A DNA stretch of 64,000 bases, taken from the NCBI GenBank assembly GCA_053919585.1, contig CM132783.1; one strand, written 5' to 3'. Each line of letters opens with the position of its first letter. Position 1 is the first letter of the stretch. The DNA is from Euprymna scolopes. Its lineage: Eukaryota. Position numbers and translations under genes: made by a program. The notes beneath the pieces were generated by a model that was not told where the DNA came from, made no database searches, and was given only the letters and a program-made list of their open reading frames with translations. Positions 1-12,777 of the stretch are shown piece after piece.

Positions 1-71
1 ATGGTGTTAATCGTAAACACTACCGATTTACTTAAAAGGGGAGGTCTGTGTACATGTGTATGCATGTGTAA

Positions 72-126
<55 letters not shown>

Positions 127-308
127 GATAGATAGATAGATAGATGAATATGTGTCCCTATGCATATGTATTTATACACATGCGTAGGTATATACATGTA
201 TATGCATGCATATTTATGTGTGTATATATATATTTTGTTATTTTTTATTAGCGATATTAAGTTTTGAAACGCTGCTTTTTGTATTTAATATCTTTATATT
301 TTAATCTA

Positions 309-376
<68 letters not shown>
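72..376. repeat. Compound microsatellites (TA)n, (TAGA)n, (CT)n(TA)n
   Basis: Directly visible tracts at ~72-145 and ~310-376. Confidence 0.95.
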
Positions 377-380
<4 letters not shown>

Positions 381-894
381 ATCGCTATATTAATGAAATT
401 AAGTCGATTTTTCCCTGAGGCTATTTGAAGATGGGAAAAATATTCAAAGTGGCGATTTCAAATATACTTAACCAAACAAAATATTGCGCAATAACTATTT
501 CTATTTTTTATTTGTTTTTAGGATCATAAAACCATATTTTAATTAAATAGTAGTAGTGTTATTTTTAGTTTATTATTATTATTATTATTATTATTACTAC
601 TACTACTACTACTACTCTAGTGGCTATTTTTGGGGTACCTATGTAGAATACAGGCTGGGTTTTTATAAACTATTCTGTACTTTCACCTAACAACTTAATA
701 AAAACATTCCAAAAACGCCCCAATCCGTATTCTGCATAAATGGTTCTCTCCAGAATGTCTTGCTGCCCTTGCACACAGAAACCACTATTTCCATTGCTTT
801 CAGCAAAATGGATGTAATTTACTAAAGCCGCCTTTAGGACTGGTAGATCTTTTCCCTCTTTTTTTTTTTTAAATATCGTCCATTTTTTATATAT

Positions 895-3800
895 TCGTCC
901 AATTGCCTGGTTTTGAGTGCAAGTTTGATCGTTTTCCAGATTGTGCCATTTACTCTCTCGCATTGTCCATTGCCGATTGGATGGTATGGAGTTGAGTGGG
1001 TAATCACAACTCCATGTTGCCAGAGAAACTCTTTTAGTTCACATGAAACTGACTTCCTCGATCACTATGGGTGGAATCTGGGCAGCCAAAACAGGTAAAT
1101 AAATTCTGGAGACAATTTATAACAGTTTTTGTTGATATGTCCTGACATGGATAGACAAAAGGATAGCGTGAATATTCATCTACAATCACGAGTAGGTATT
1201 TGAGATTATTCGTAGATGGTTTCGGTCCCATGAAATCTATTGAAAGACGTTCAAAGGGGGATTGGGAATGGATTAATCGACCTGATGGAGGTTTGAAGAA
1301 CCTTGGTTTTAGTTCAGCACATATTTGACATTCAGCGCAGGTGCGCTTAGCATCTTCCATGGAGAATGGTAGATTCTTCTGCCTCACAAAGTGATAGAGT
1401 CTCACTACTCCAGGATGACAAAGTGCTGCGTGCAGGTCCTTTAGTGATAATGAGCGCGAAGCAGAGCATGATTGAGAAAGGGTATCTGCAGGGTTATTAA
1501 GAGAACCTGGTCTATATACTATCTCATAAGAATAGTTTGAAAGTTCAAGTCTCCACCAAAGCAGCTTATCGTTTTTAATACGATTTGGTGTCTGCGTGTT
1601 GAACATAAATGATGCAGCCTGTTGGTCAGTAATAATGGTAAAGTGTCGACCGAGTAAGAGGTCACGCCATTTACGCACAGATTCTACAATGGCTGCCGAT
1701 TCACGTTCCACTGCTGAATGTCGACGCTCTGACTGCGTTAGGGTTCTGGAAAAATATGCTACTGGACGTCCATTCTGGGAAAGGCAGGCTGCTAATGCTG
1801 TCGCAGATGCATCAGTTTCTATCGTAAAAGGAACTTCATCCTCAATGGCTGCAACCGAAGCCTTGCAAATTTCATCTTTCATGGCTTGAAATTGATTTTT
1901 GAGTTTCTCAGTGATCGGAAAGGATGTAATGTTTAATAAAGGTGAAATCCGATCTGAGAAATTCTCTATCCATGGTGAATAGTATGAGAAGAGACCTAGA
2001 GCCCGCCTGAGTGACTTACTGCAGTTCGGAATCGGTAATTCTTTTAGTGGTGTAAGTCTGTCTGGATCAGGACTGATTGTTCCATTTTCCAATAAGTGCC
2101 CTAGAAACTTTAGTTTGGTTATACCATATTCACATTTTACAGGGTTTAGTTGCAAGTTAAGACGGTTGATAACCTTTCTAAAAGCTTCCATATTTTCGTT
2201 TAATTCTTTATTAGTTTTTCCTCCGATGACAATGTCATCAATGTAGGCAAATGTACCTTGGAGTTCATGTTCTTGAATCAGATTATGCATAATACGTTGA
2301 AACACAGCTACTGAGTTCGTTAGCCCAAAAGGTAACCTAGAAAACTCGTATAGTCCTCCGTCAGCTTCAAATGCTGTGTAAATTCTCTCGTCTCTACGTA
2401 TGGGGCATTGATAATATGCAGACTTCAGGTCCAACTTATTGAAAATTTTGTACTGTGATAGTTGGCGTATGATATCCGAAATCTTGGGAAGCGGAAAAGC
2501 ATCCAAAAGTGTAAACCGATTTATAGTTGCAGAATAGTCAATGACCATGCGACGCTTATGTCTTTCATTTCTAGTTACTAGTACTTGGGCTCTCCATGGG
2601 GAATTCGATTTGATTATGATACCTTCTTTTAATAATTTTTGTATCTCATTCCGGATAAATTCGCAGTCCGATGCTGAGTAGTTTCTGCTTTTTGTTGCGA
2701 TGGGTTTACAATTCTTTGCTAAATTAGCAAAAAGAGACGGTGGCTCGATTTTCATCTGAGTGACCTTACAAATCTGTAAAGATGGTATCTTTCCGTTATA
2801 ACGGAATTTCACCCGGTTATGCAATTGCATGAACTCTTGTCCTAGTATAATTGGAGCACACAAGTTGAGAAGGATAGATAGACGCATATTAGTGTAAATT
2901 TGTCCATTAACAGCGATGGACTCAACACAGTGTCCTAAGGTTTTACTCGTGAGATTCGAGGAAGCCATGCTTACTGTATCATTAGAAGGTAATATACTAA
3001 GGCCGAGTGATCTCACGATGTTCATTTGTATAAAGTTATGAGTGCTTCCACTGTCTACCATAGCTTTCAAACAGGTACTATTGATTGTTGCATTTACTAC
3101 AGAATATTGTGTGCATGGAGTGCATTGGGATGACGCAGTGAGGGCAATATATGCAGAACTAGTCCTGGTATTATAAGTTGTTTGTTTTATTTTAGATCGG
3201 CAGACTTTAGAGAAGTGGCCCTTCTTTCCGCATTTAAGGCAGTCAGCATTCCGAGCTGGGCAAATATTTCGAGAATGATTTTCTCATCCACAGAATTGGC
3301 ATCTGGCGAAGTGAGTCGTCTGATTATTTCTGGAAACAGCAGCACATTCATTAGTTAGTTCCAAACTAGAGTTATTTTCAGATTCATCTGCATGAATAGA
3401 TGCCTTTGCTACAATTGATGTGTCATAAGCTGCTGCATTATGTTGGGCCATTTCTAGATTTCGTGCAGTTGCTACGGCATGATCTAGGTTAATTTCAAAA
3501 CTTTCAAGTAATCTCTGCCTAATAGTTGAGGAAGTGAGACCTGTGATAAATGCGTCACGTATCGCTAGCTCCGCATGTTGAGAGGCAGTAACATCTTCAA
3601 ATTTACAATCCTTAGAAAGATTCTTTAGTTTTAGGAGAAACTGATCAATAGATTCACCTTGATTTTGTTTCCTAGTGGCGAGAAGGTGACGAGCAAACAC
3701 AGAATTTACCGGTTTTACATAGGTTGCTTGAAGGATGCTAATAGCCCTCTCGAATGTTGAACAGTGAGATATAAGAGAATAGACCTTCGGTGAGATGAAA

Positions 3801-3955
3801 TTAATCAGAATACTTAACTTATTCGGAGGAGTTTGAGGATGAGCGACTGTGAGAGAGTCGATGCAGTTGATGAGGGTACGATACCAATGATTCCATTCGT
3901 CAGCGGTTGTATCTTACGATCCTTCGAATTTACCAGGTCTCAGTATAGCATCCAT
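895..3955 (-). pseudogene. Single-frame gag-pol of element A, disrupted by two stops and a frameshift
   Basis: ATG at 3955 (MDAILRPGKF..EWNHW); CLKCGKKGHFSKVC zinc knuckle ~3200-3250; ORF 1034-3070 has VDSGS protease, YIDD RT, TDAS RNase H, HPG..CxxC zinc finger, DEYSR and SDRGSQF integrase motifs; after a frameshift at ~1040 it continues TPYHPIGNGQCER. Confidence 0.92.
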
Positions 3956-3990
3956 TGTTGCTGTTAATTTTTAATTTTATGTTGAATAAT

Positions 3991-4171
3991 TGTAATGAAA
4001 AATAAAGACCTTTTAAGATATTAGAAAGGTTTTATTCAACATAAAATTCAGCAGATACAACAACATGGTCGGTAACGAACGACTAAGCTGGGAAAAGGCG
4101 CCAATTTCGTTCTATTTGTAAACATCTGGTGCGCATGCGCACTAGCGCACTAGCGCTCTAAACTCACAACA
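3991..4171 (-). repeat. 5' LTR of element A (~181 bp)
   Basis: Minus strand reads TGTTGTG...CATTACA, contains AATAAA and ends 35 nt before the gag ATG; single copy, so limits are inferred. Confidence 0.7.
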
Positions 4172-4204
4172 TAAATATACCTATGTGTACACACATACAT
4201 GCAC

Positions 4205-4270
<66 letters not shown>

Positions 4271-4417
4271 AATCGTTTATGTATATTCATGTTTATTTAA
4301 TTTATTTATTTGTTTTTTTTCTATTGCTATTGTTAGTTTTAAAGCTATTTTGTATCGCTATCCTAGAGTAAGTTTTATTTTGTGAACACAGTTGTTTGCA
4401 ACCACAGAATTCGCGCA

Positions 4418-4470
4418 TAAGCCTGACGAATCCTACAGTGGATGAAACGCAGAATATTCAGTGTAGCTTA
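4418..4470 (+). ncRNA. Type I hammerhead ribozyme
   Basis: TAAGC-CTGACGA-ATCC(tacagt)GGAT-GAAA-CGC(agaatattca)GTG-TA-GCTTA: complete core, stems I-III, GUA cleavage triplet. Confidence 0.85.
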
Positions 4471-4600
4471 ATCGCCATATATATTTTATAAATTACTAAC
4501 TAAGTCTACCTATGTATTGAGCACTTTTGAAGTAAATACTTATAGTTTACGCATAAATCTATACTTCCATATATTAAATTCATGTAAGTAAATGAAGTAG

Positions 4601-4638
<38 letters not shown>

Positions 4639-5029
4639 ACAACTATTGGTGCTCTTAATTTTGGCAATGTTCTGTTAAATATGCAATTCCAGGCATTCAA
4701 ATTTTTACTACGTTTTCTTGGTTTAAAAATGACTTAATGTTTATTTCCTCTGGTTTATTTTCTGCACGCAATGAGTGCTTTATTCGTTTTTTTTTCCTTT
4801 GATGGCTGGCCACTTTGCTGTCATGCGAAAAGCAAAGGGAACATTTAATCTTTGTCGATTCAGGCAATTTATTAGAAACTTTTTCTCCTTTTATTTCAAC
4901 TTCAACATGAGTGGTTTGAAACAATGCACTTTTCATAATTGAATGAGATTTGGGTTGATAGTGATCTCACTTGTGACTCAAATGTGCAATTAGCATTATT
5001 GATACAAGAGTTTGTGAGATACTCATGGC

Positions 5030-5300
5030 GTTTCCTTGTTTGACAGAACTAAAAATCGACTACACAATCTGTTGGGTGTGATCTTTTCTCTACAACTTTT
5101 TCTGACAGAAATGTTGGTAATCTCTCTATATTCTATCATTATTTCTATGGAAGATGTTCAATTGAGCTCCAGATTATTGTTATTCCTCATAAAATTCAAA
5201 AGACCTAATCATCTCCCTCTATGTGTCAGGCATAATTTCTATGAACAAAGTTTCTTTGCAAGGGTTTCCCCAGAGTGGAACATATTGGCATGAATAGAAA
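5030..5300 (+). mobile_element. Decayed LINE (CR1/Jockey-group-like) 3' ORF2 fragment
   Basis: Similar to 11590-12230 and 31070-31697 (DR..NRL, GRCS, FF.R..EWN remnants). Confidence 0.5.
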
Positions 5301-8108
5301 GTGGACCTGGTGTTAACTTTTCGAAGCCTCTTAACTTTCACTTCTCCCTATTTTCTCCTTTAGTCTGCGTTATTAACAAAGAGAGAAAAATTACTGGTTT
5401 CTGATTCGGCTATTGTTTTGAGTAGGTGTGTAGATATCTCCAATCCTCTCATATTATTCATCGTCATTAAACAGTATATCTATTTCAAGTGTTTTATTTT
5501 TTGGGCTTTGATAAGGTGTGACTTGTTACTAAACGAAAAGCAATATGGTAGATGAAAATCAATATGGGACATAAACCTATCCTCATTCGTAAAAATCATT
5601 TGCATGTGTAGCGAACTATTTCACTAGTTTCTATTCTCAGAGGAAGAGCAAAAGTTGAAATTAAGATTCTTAGTAGACAGCAGAGTGGATAGCATTTCTT
5701 TATAAGAATGTAAAAAAATGTCAATAATCATGTTTTTTATCACAGTAAATTTTTATGAAATAAAAAACAAGATGACTCAACTCATCAAACCAATGACCTG
5801 CCATCGAGTATAATTTGTCAGCAGAAGTGTGTGGGTTCTCTTATGTAACCTGTTTGCAAATTGTAGTTCTGATTAAAAAAATCGAAACGTATAATTTTAA
5901 ATGTATGTATATATGTATAGTGTATGCATATACACTATGCTACAAATTGCTGGTGTGTGAAGTACAGAAGTGAGAGCTACAAATTTGTGAATAAAAATTC
6001 AGACTCTTCATCAAGCTATTTCGGCAACATTTTTTTTATTCTGCCTTAATCTGTTGATAAACAACAAATAATTTACGAGATAAATGAAGCACAGGTGCTC
6101 CTTCTTTTCTCTTCAACCCAAACAGGTTGTGACAACAACTGAACTGGACTATTCTTTGTTTTCTAATGTCTGAATGGAATTTCCATGAACAGAGTTTCTT
6201 TTCAAGAACTTTCCATCTGTAGACAACATCACCAGCAGATTGCTTCCATGCGGACTACAACATGGTCATCTTCAAATTCGATATAAACAAATACTTGTCA
6301 TACAAATGTTGCTTCAGTTATTCTATACATTAATGTGTGGTGATGTTACTCAGCAGATAGATGAAGAAAAAAAATATAATCCTGTATGAAAAAATAAGCC
6401 TTTTTAAATTTGTGACCAACGGATCAAACTTTTCATAAAATTACTAAAATACTTTAAATCTGAATGCTTTAAATTTAAATATGAATTTTATCATAACTAG
6501 TTCTAAAACCTCTCAAAAGAAAATTGGATGAAGTACTTAAACAAAATAGAACTATTTAAATCAACGATAAAATCTGTAATAAAATACCTCAAACATTGAT
6601 AACTACATCGATTGTCTTCACACAAAACTATTGCAAACTAAAAGAACCAAAATGTAGGAAGTTGTTGAAAAATAATCTAACACATTTTTCTGGGAATGCG
6701 AAAGAATTTGTAAATTGATCAATTGATTCTCAACAAGTTTACCTGCTGGCCAATTGTGCACTTAAAAGATGAGTTGCATCTCTTTTCCAGGATTATGTGA
6801 TGGCTGTGATTTCTACAAGCTGCTGCTAGTGATTAGCATGATTTGCATAAATGTGAAGAAAGGTGTTTATGATTGGCCAATCAGATTATATGACTGGAGA
6901 TTATTAATAGATGAAAAGACATTTTATCTACATACGGACGAAACAGTTAACATATTTCTTTATTTGTGTGCGTTTCCAATGCAAGGAACGTGTGTGTGTG
7001 TGTGTGTGTGTGTGTGAGTGAGTGAGTGAGAGAGAGATACAGAGGAAATATTTTGGATTAGATTATTTATGTGTGCTTTATGATACCGGATACAATTTTA
7101 TTGAAAATTAATGAATTCACAAATAGAAAACTAACACGTGTCTTGATGCATTGTTCTTAAGCATTAGTAGAAATATTTTTAACTTGCTTTCACTGTAAAA
7201 TTTCTTTTTTTTTTCAAGCCTCAAACAAGGTATATTGTCAACTTGATGTAAGAAAGTAGTGTGGTTGGGGGCCATATTTATAAAAGACATCTGAAATGGT
7301 GATTTGTGCAGCAATATCTTTGTTCACATGACATTTAAATTTCTCTATGCTAGTCCAGTTTGGGAAACAGGGAACAGAGAGAAAATTCCAAAGAAAACTG
7401 TCCAAGGAACGAAGCTATTTGAGTGGAAAACTCTCCGGCATCTGAGGATCTTTACAATGGTCTTCCTAATAGTCAGGTTTGTTGGGGTAGTTACATACAG
7501 GGGATAGAAGAGACTGGAGCTTAGTAAACAAAGTGGGACCTATAAGATTAGAGACTCTTTTTTATGTCCTGTCTAGTGGTTGGTGCACCAGCCCTGACAT
7601 GACAACAATACTCCATGTACAATGGTGACCTAATAGAGCTATAGAATACTGATAGATGTCAGAAATTCTCTACCCGTTGGAGGTAGCCCTCCTTTTTTGC
7701 AGCAGTACCTTCAATGTATTTATTCCAATTCATGTTATCTGTGAATGTTAAGTCGATGAGTTTGGAATGTTAGACTTTTGGGAATGATACTATCACTCAT
7801 GGCAATCAGTGCTTGGAAAGGTTTCTTATAATTGTTAAAGGAAAACAGCTATATCTTAGTAGCATTAAATATGATTTTCCTTAAATGTAATTTATAAACA
7901 TTACAATGAGCCAGATTTGGTGATTTTTAATTCAATTCTAAAAACAATTCTGAATATATCTACAAACCTCTTAGTTATATATAAAACTCGCAGGATCAAT
8001 GTCTTGAGATTGTGTAGGAAAATTAAAGGAACCAAGAATCACTTTACCCAGAATTATATTGATCAAAAATACTCTTGTCACCCCCAAATGTTAAACTTTT
8101 ATCTAAAA

Positions 8109-8345
8109 TCTATACATCTATAAAAGTGAACGTCCTCCTTCGCCAATTTTGGGTCTAAACACTTGAAATTTTAGATATAGGTTCCTTGGACATGGATCTA
8201 ACTTAATTACTCGATTGGAGCCCAAAACAATAAATGTTAAGGGGTCATAATAGGGGTCAAATTTTAAATAATTGACCGCTTATTTTTTTTTTTTTGCTCA
8301 ACATACACCTCCAAACACCCGGGCAACGCCGAGCTGAAATGCTAG
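8109..8345 (+). mobile_element. Short non-autonomous Helitron
   Basis: A|TCTATAC... start, subterminal CCCGGGCAACGCCG GC-rich motif, ...CTAG|T end; interior matches the reverse complement of ~27420-27540. Confidence 0.75.
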
Positions 8346-8984
8346 TATTAAAAAAGTTTATTGTTTGATGTGATGTGGAATATACACTGACGTGTTTGAT
8401 TGGCGATTGTAAGAGTGTGCGTTTTAGGAAGTGGGCTCGCTTTAAATTTTATTTACAATTTCACAAAAGACTAGAATGTGTACACCTTAATCAAAATGTA
8501 TTATGAAAAGATTTTATAAGAAAATGATTTACACATTTTATTAGAAACTGATTAAACTATAAAATACTATATTTTGTTTTAACTTTCACTTTCAACTGAG
8601 AAAAATAATTGGATCATTCTATCTTGTATTTAATAAGAGAGTTGTATTAGGAATAATCTATTATGAGTTTGTAGGGGTCAAAGAATATAACATTTATAAA
8701 TTGTACATTTTTATTAAAATTATGAGCATATATAGCTGCTCATTGGGGTTTTTATACCAGGTAAAGCATTAGACCATTCGTTATCAGGATGAAATATGGT
8801 TCAGCTTGGTTCTAAGAAACCATCTTCCCAGACAATATTTTCTTGGGCTATTGTCAATAGACTAAAATGGCTCATTGCACTTCATTCCCGGTTATTATTG
8901 CATTTGCTAAAATGCTCTCCCCTTTAAGGTAGCTGATTTCACCCAGATCTTAAATAGAAGGCATCTGATGCAATTCTCTATCTA

Positions 8985-10546
8985 CACTGCGTATCAAATT
9001 ATTAACGAGTTTACATTTTTTTTAATATTTAAGAAACAAGTCAATAAAAATCCATGAAACTTTGAGAAAGTGCTTACGATACTATTCACCTACTTCAGTC
9101 TGAAAATAAAAGTATTTAAAGCAGTATTAGTGAAACTATGGCAAAAGATAGGAATATTTGTTGATTTCAGTGTGTCAAATTATTAACGAGGTTGGGAAAC
9201 AAACACAATATACCCATAACTTGTTTATTGAAATAATAGTCAAACATTACATAAATTAAGAAAAATACTTAGAACAAAATAACTACATAGCAATTTCTAC
9301 ATTGACATAATTAGTAGGGCATATGCGATCCTTTTTTTATGAATGACTTGTAAAAGAAGTTGGTCCACAGAATTAGCCAAATTTGTGATTTCCTCAACAG
9401 TTATTCCTCGCGATACCTCTTGGGGGGAATCCCACAATTCATCTTTGCTCTTAAATTGGTGTCCACTTGTATAGAAGCGTCGCTTCATTATACTTCAAAT
9501 GTTCTCAATTGGGTTCTAATCTGGTGAATTCGCAGGACACCATCTTTCGTAGCATAGAGAACCCCAGTTGTTGCAAATACTCTTTGCTTTTGTTTGCTGC
9601 ATGTGAGAGAGCAGTATCATGCATGAAAATAATAGTTCTTCTGAACGTCAACCTTTGCTTTTTCAGCCGTGATTCAAAGTGTTCCTTTAGAAAAGCTATG
9701 TAAGCATTTGACGTCATTTTTACGCCTTCTGGGACTTTCCATGACCCAACTAAAGTACCTGTGATAATCCCAGACGAAATCATTATCCCACCACCACCTT
9801 GTTGGCGCCTTAAACGCTGATGACAATGCCCTCCATCTAGGACCCATCCCTTGCTCCAGCTATCTGGACCATCAAGACACAAACTTCATCCGTTAAAAAA
9901 AACTTTGGAAAAATCCGTTTTCATGTTGTCCTCTGCACATTTCAATCGGTTTTGTATGTGATGTTGCTTTAATGGGAGCTTTGTCGCAGGTTTAACAGAC
10001 TTTGCCACTTCTTTCAGAAGGCAACATCGAGTACTTTTTCAGACATTCTTCAATACGGCTTGGTCAAAGATTTCTCGACTTGTCTGCCCAGGGTTCTTAT
10101 CAACTTCACGTTGAATTTGGAGTAGAGAACGTCGTGAAACAACTCTAGATTTACCTTAACAGCTCTCTTACGTACTTTTGTAGGGTACTTGACAAAGTTT
10201 TTCACAGTTTGATGATACGTTTCTATCATTTTCGATATTTCGAGGGTAGTTTTAACTTTTCCTTGCTGTTCTGTAATAGGACTCGTTTTAGAACTACTCA
10301 ATCCACCGTTATGGCCCATTTTATTGACAAAACAAACTGCCTTGTTAATAATTTGACACACCTCAAATACCATGGATTCAGCAATTACGATGGCAAGTTG
10401 TTTACATTGCACGGAACAGTACGAAAGTTTCACAGTACGCACAGCTCAGCATTGCCAACATTTCCGAAGCTTTTGATACAAAACTACGGGAAAGTTTCTG
10501 AAATTGGTAAAAAATTGTTACCTCGTTAATAATTTGACACACAGTG
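8985..10546 (-). mobile_element. Tc1-like DNA transposon, DD37E (TRT-like), IR/DR ends, decayed transposase
   Basis: TA-flanked TIRs CACTG(C/T)GT(A/G)TCAAATTATTAACGAG; inner repeats ~9170-9190 and ~10341-10361; motifs LTDE, LDGPDSW, FMHD..SPD*NPIE. Confidence 0.88.
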
Positions 10547-10639
10547 TATATAAGATTCAAATATGTCTTGAGATTGTGTATTGTTGCCACATTTATGGAG
10601 GTGCCACTCAGAACATTTTTTTCTTGCCTCGACAGAGTA

Positions 10640-10920
10640 CAAAATCAAATTTGCAATCTATTCTATGCTTTACACGTTTTTTCTAAAAGATGTTGCTAAT
10701 GTTTCTCTACTCTATTGTTATTTCCATAAAAGGTGATCGACTCAATTTTGATCTCTAGTTGTTCCTCATAAGAGATACAAACTAACTACTTGCCACAACT
10801 GCAAAGAAGTTTCCTAACTTTTACTGTGTTCCTAAAATCAAGCAGAATTTCCATGAACAAAGTTTCTTTCCCAGGAATTTCCATCTTTACAACAGATTAC
10901 TAGATACAATAAATATTTGC
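10640..10920 (+). mobile_element. Decayed LINE 3' fragment, same family as 31070-31697
   Basis: Shared segments such as TTCCATGAACAAAGTTTCTTTCC, also seen at ~6180, ~11990 and ~31430. Confidence 0.5.
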
Positions 10921-11143
10921 CACAAACCGTCCACCTATGTAATGAAATTTCATTCTTTGATTTTATTATGTTCAATCCTCTGACAATATTCTTCAGCATT
11001 TCAACTAATAATTCATCCAATTTATTAACCCTTATCTCCGTGTGTCTTTTAGCATTGGTAAGCAGTGACCTATTAGTAAAAAAGAATCATTAAGCGGCAT
11101 TGTGGCATACCTTGCTGTAGTAAAAATCACATAAATACTATCA

Positions 11144-11180
<37 letters not shown>

Positions 11181-11544
11181 GTGCAAAATATACATATTTT
11201 TTTTTTGTAAATTTTCAAATCTCTTTTGTGTCCTATAACAATGGCTCATCAACTTCGCATCATGGCTATAAAAAATGAAACCGACAAAACTGTCATTGTT
11301 TGTAAAAATTTTAAGAAAAATAATGAAAAGAAAATCTTACTATTTACTCCTGTAAGTCTTGACGTGTTCTTGTTTTAAATACAGTTCTTTTATCTAGCAT
11401 ACACAACGTCTTTTGAATAACTCGTGCCGTTTTCCTTTACGCTCAAACATCTCTGAAATTTGAAGACATGTCTGAAATGCACGAAAAATGTTTGTCTTTG
11501 GTAATATTGTTTTCAATTATAAACACACACACACACACACACAC

Positions 11545-11589
<45 letters not shown>

Positions 11590-12230
11590 TAAGTCAAATC
11601 CGTTGCCAAGTTTGCTGGAAAAATAGTTGGATCATCCTACGACTCCTAAAATTTTCACTTTTGGTGCAATCCACTACAAAGTCAAGTACGTCCTAAGATG
11701 GAGTCCTGTTACCATAACTTGGGAGGTGCAGTTCAGAGCACTATTTCCTGCATTGACAGAGTAAACAACTATCTCCAGAATCTTGTAGACAAGGTCCTCT
11801 TCTCCACCTTACAGCCTTTTTCGGTAGAGATGTTGCTAGTCTTTTTCTATTCTGTCTTTTCTTTCATGGCAGGTGCTCCACTGAGCTTCATTCTCTGGCT
11901 CTGTCACTATTAAATCTTCACAAGAAAAGCTCATTAAGCATTAACTACTGTCAGTAACTTCTTTTTCTCCTTCTGTATGCAGAACTTCCATGAGCAAATT
12001 TTCTTTCCAATAAGTTCCCATCTGTGGAACACAATACCGTGGGGCTGCTTCTCAGCTGATTATATCATTGCTATTTTAAGTTCAATATAAATAATTTTTT
12101 CTGCGCTGTCCTCTTGAACAGTCAATTTTTCTACCAATTACAACCATTGTTACAAACCCACTTGGTGTCTCACCGTTTATCTTGCCAATCTAATAACCTT
12201 TATCCTCGCGTGTGCTCGGTGAGAAGTGAC
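11590..12230 (+). mobile_element. Decayed LINE 3' fragment
   Basis: RPKMESCYH..G, IDRV, STLQP, FHGRCSTEL remnants; tail similar to ~31640-31697. Confidence 0.6.
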
Positions 12231-12777
12231 AAAATAAAAACAAAAGAAAATGGAAAGCGACAACTTAGAATGGAACCGAATCAAGACTGTACATCTTGCA
12301 AACACAAAATGCTTTATATCCTTTGTTAAAACTTTATATAAATGCTAATAGTAAGTCATATTTCATTTATAGTGCATGTGAAAAAAGTCACAATAATAGG
12401 TCATGTTAATAAGAGCATAATACCTATAATATCGTACAGTTATGCGTTAATAAGCTATCTACACAGGTGGTTTCTCAAGGTATATAGCTTTTTGGAACAC
12501 TAACTCTTCATCAATCGATTTTGTACCCTTCAAACACCGGAGAAATTGGTTTTCATCATATTAAGTTGGCATTATGTCACATCTGGCTGTCGTAGGAGGC
12601 ATGTAAATAAAAGACTTTTATTTTTGGCTCATTTTTTTTCATACCAGTGTAGTTGGTTTTGTCTGATTAGATATCGCTTGGCATGGCCATAGCAAGCGAC
12701 TATTCCAGATGTTACCACCGTCTTTGGAACGAGAACTGGCTTATTGTAAATTGTCTTTTTTTCTGATTCTAACAACC

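Larger units (their letters stand above)
895..4171 (-). mobile_element. Ty3/Gypsy LTR retrotransposon (element A), 3'-truncated within integrase, 5' LTR only
   Basis: Order gag-PR-RT-RNaseH-IN; LTR-like TG...CA segment at 3991-4171; no second LTR seen. Confidence 0.93.

Noticed and set aside
30-60. PPT-like CTTAAAAGGGGAGG at the window start
   Set aside because: Upstream context lies outside the window and no LTR can be defined
4185-4385. ORFs with YIYIYI or CVCVCV runs (also 17280, 18620, 28808, 48143)
   Set aside because: Translations of microsatellites
6745-6900. Cluster of CCAAT boxes and an ATTTGCAT octamer
   Set aside because: Short motifs with no linked gene or repeat context; may be chance
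11440-11495. Hammerhead-like TTGAAGA..CTGAAAT..CGAAA
   Set aside because: Core C missing and stems II/III do not pair convincingly
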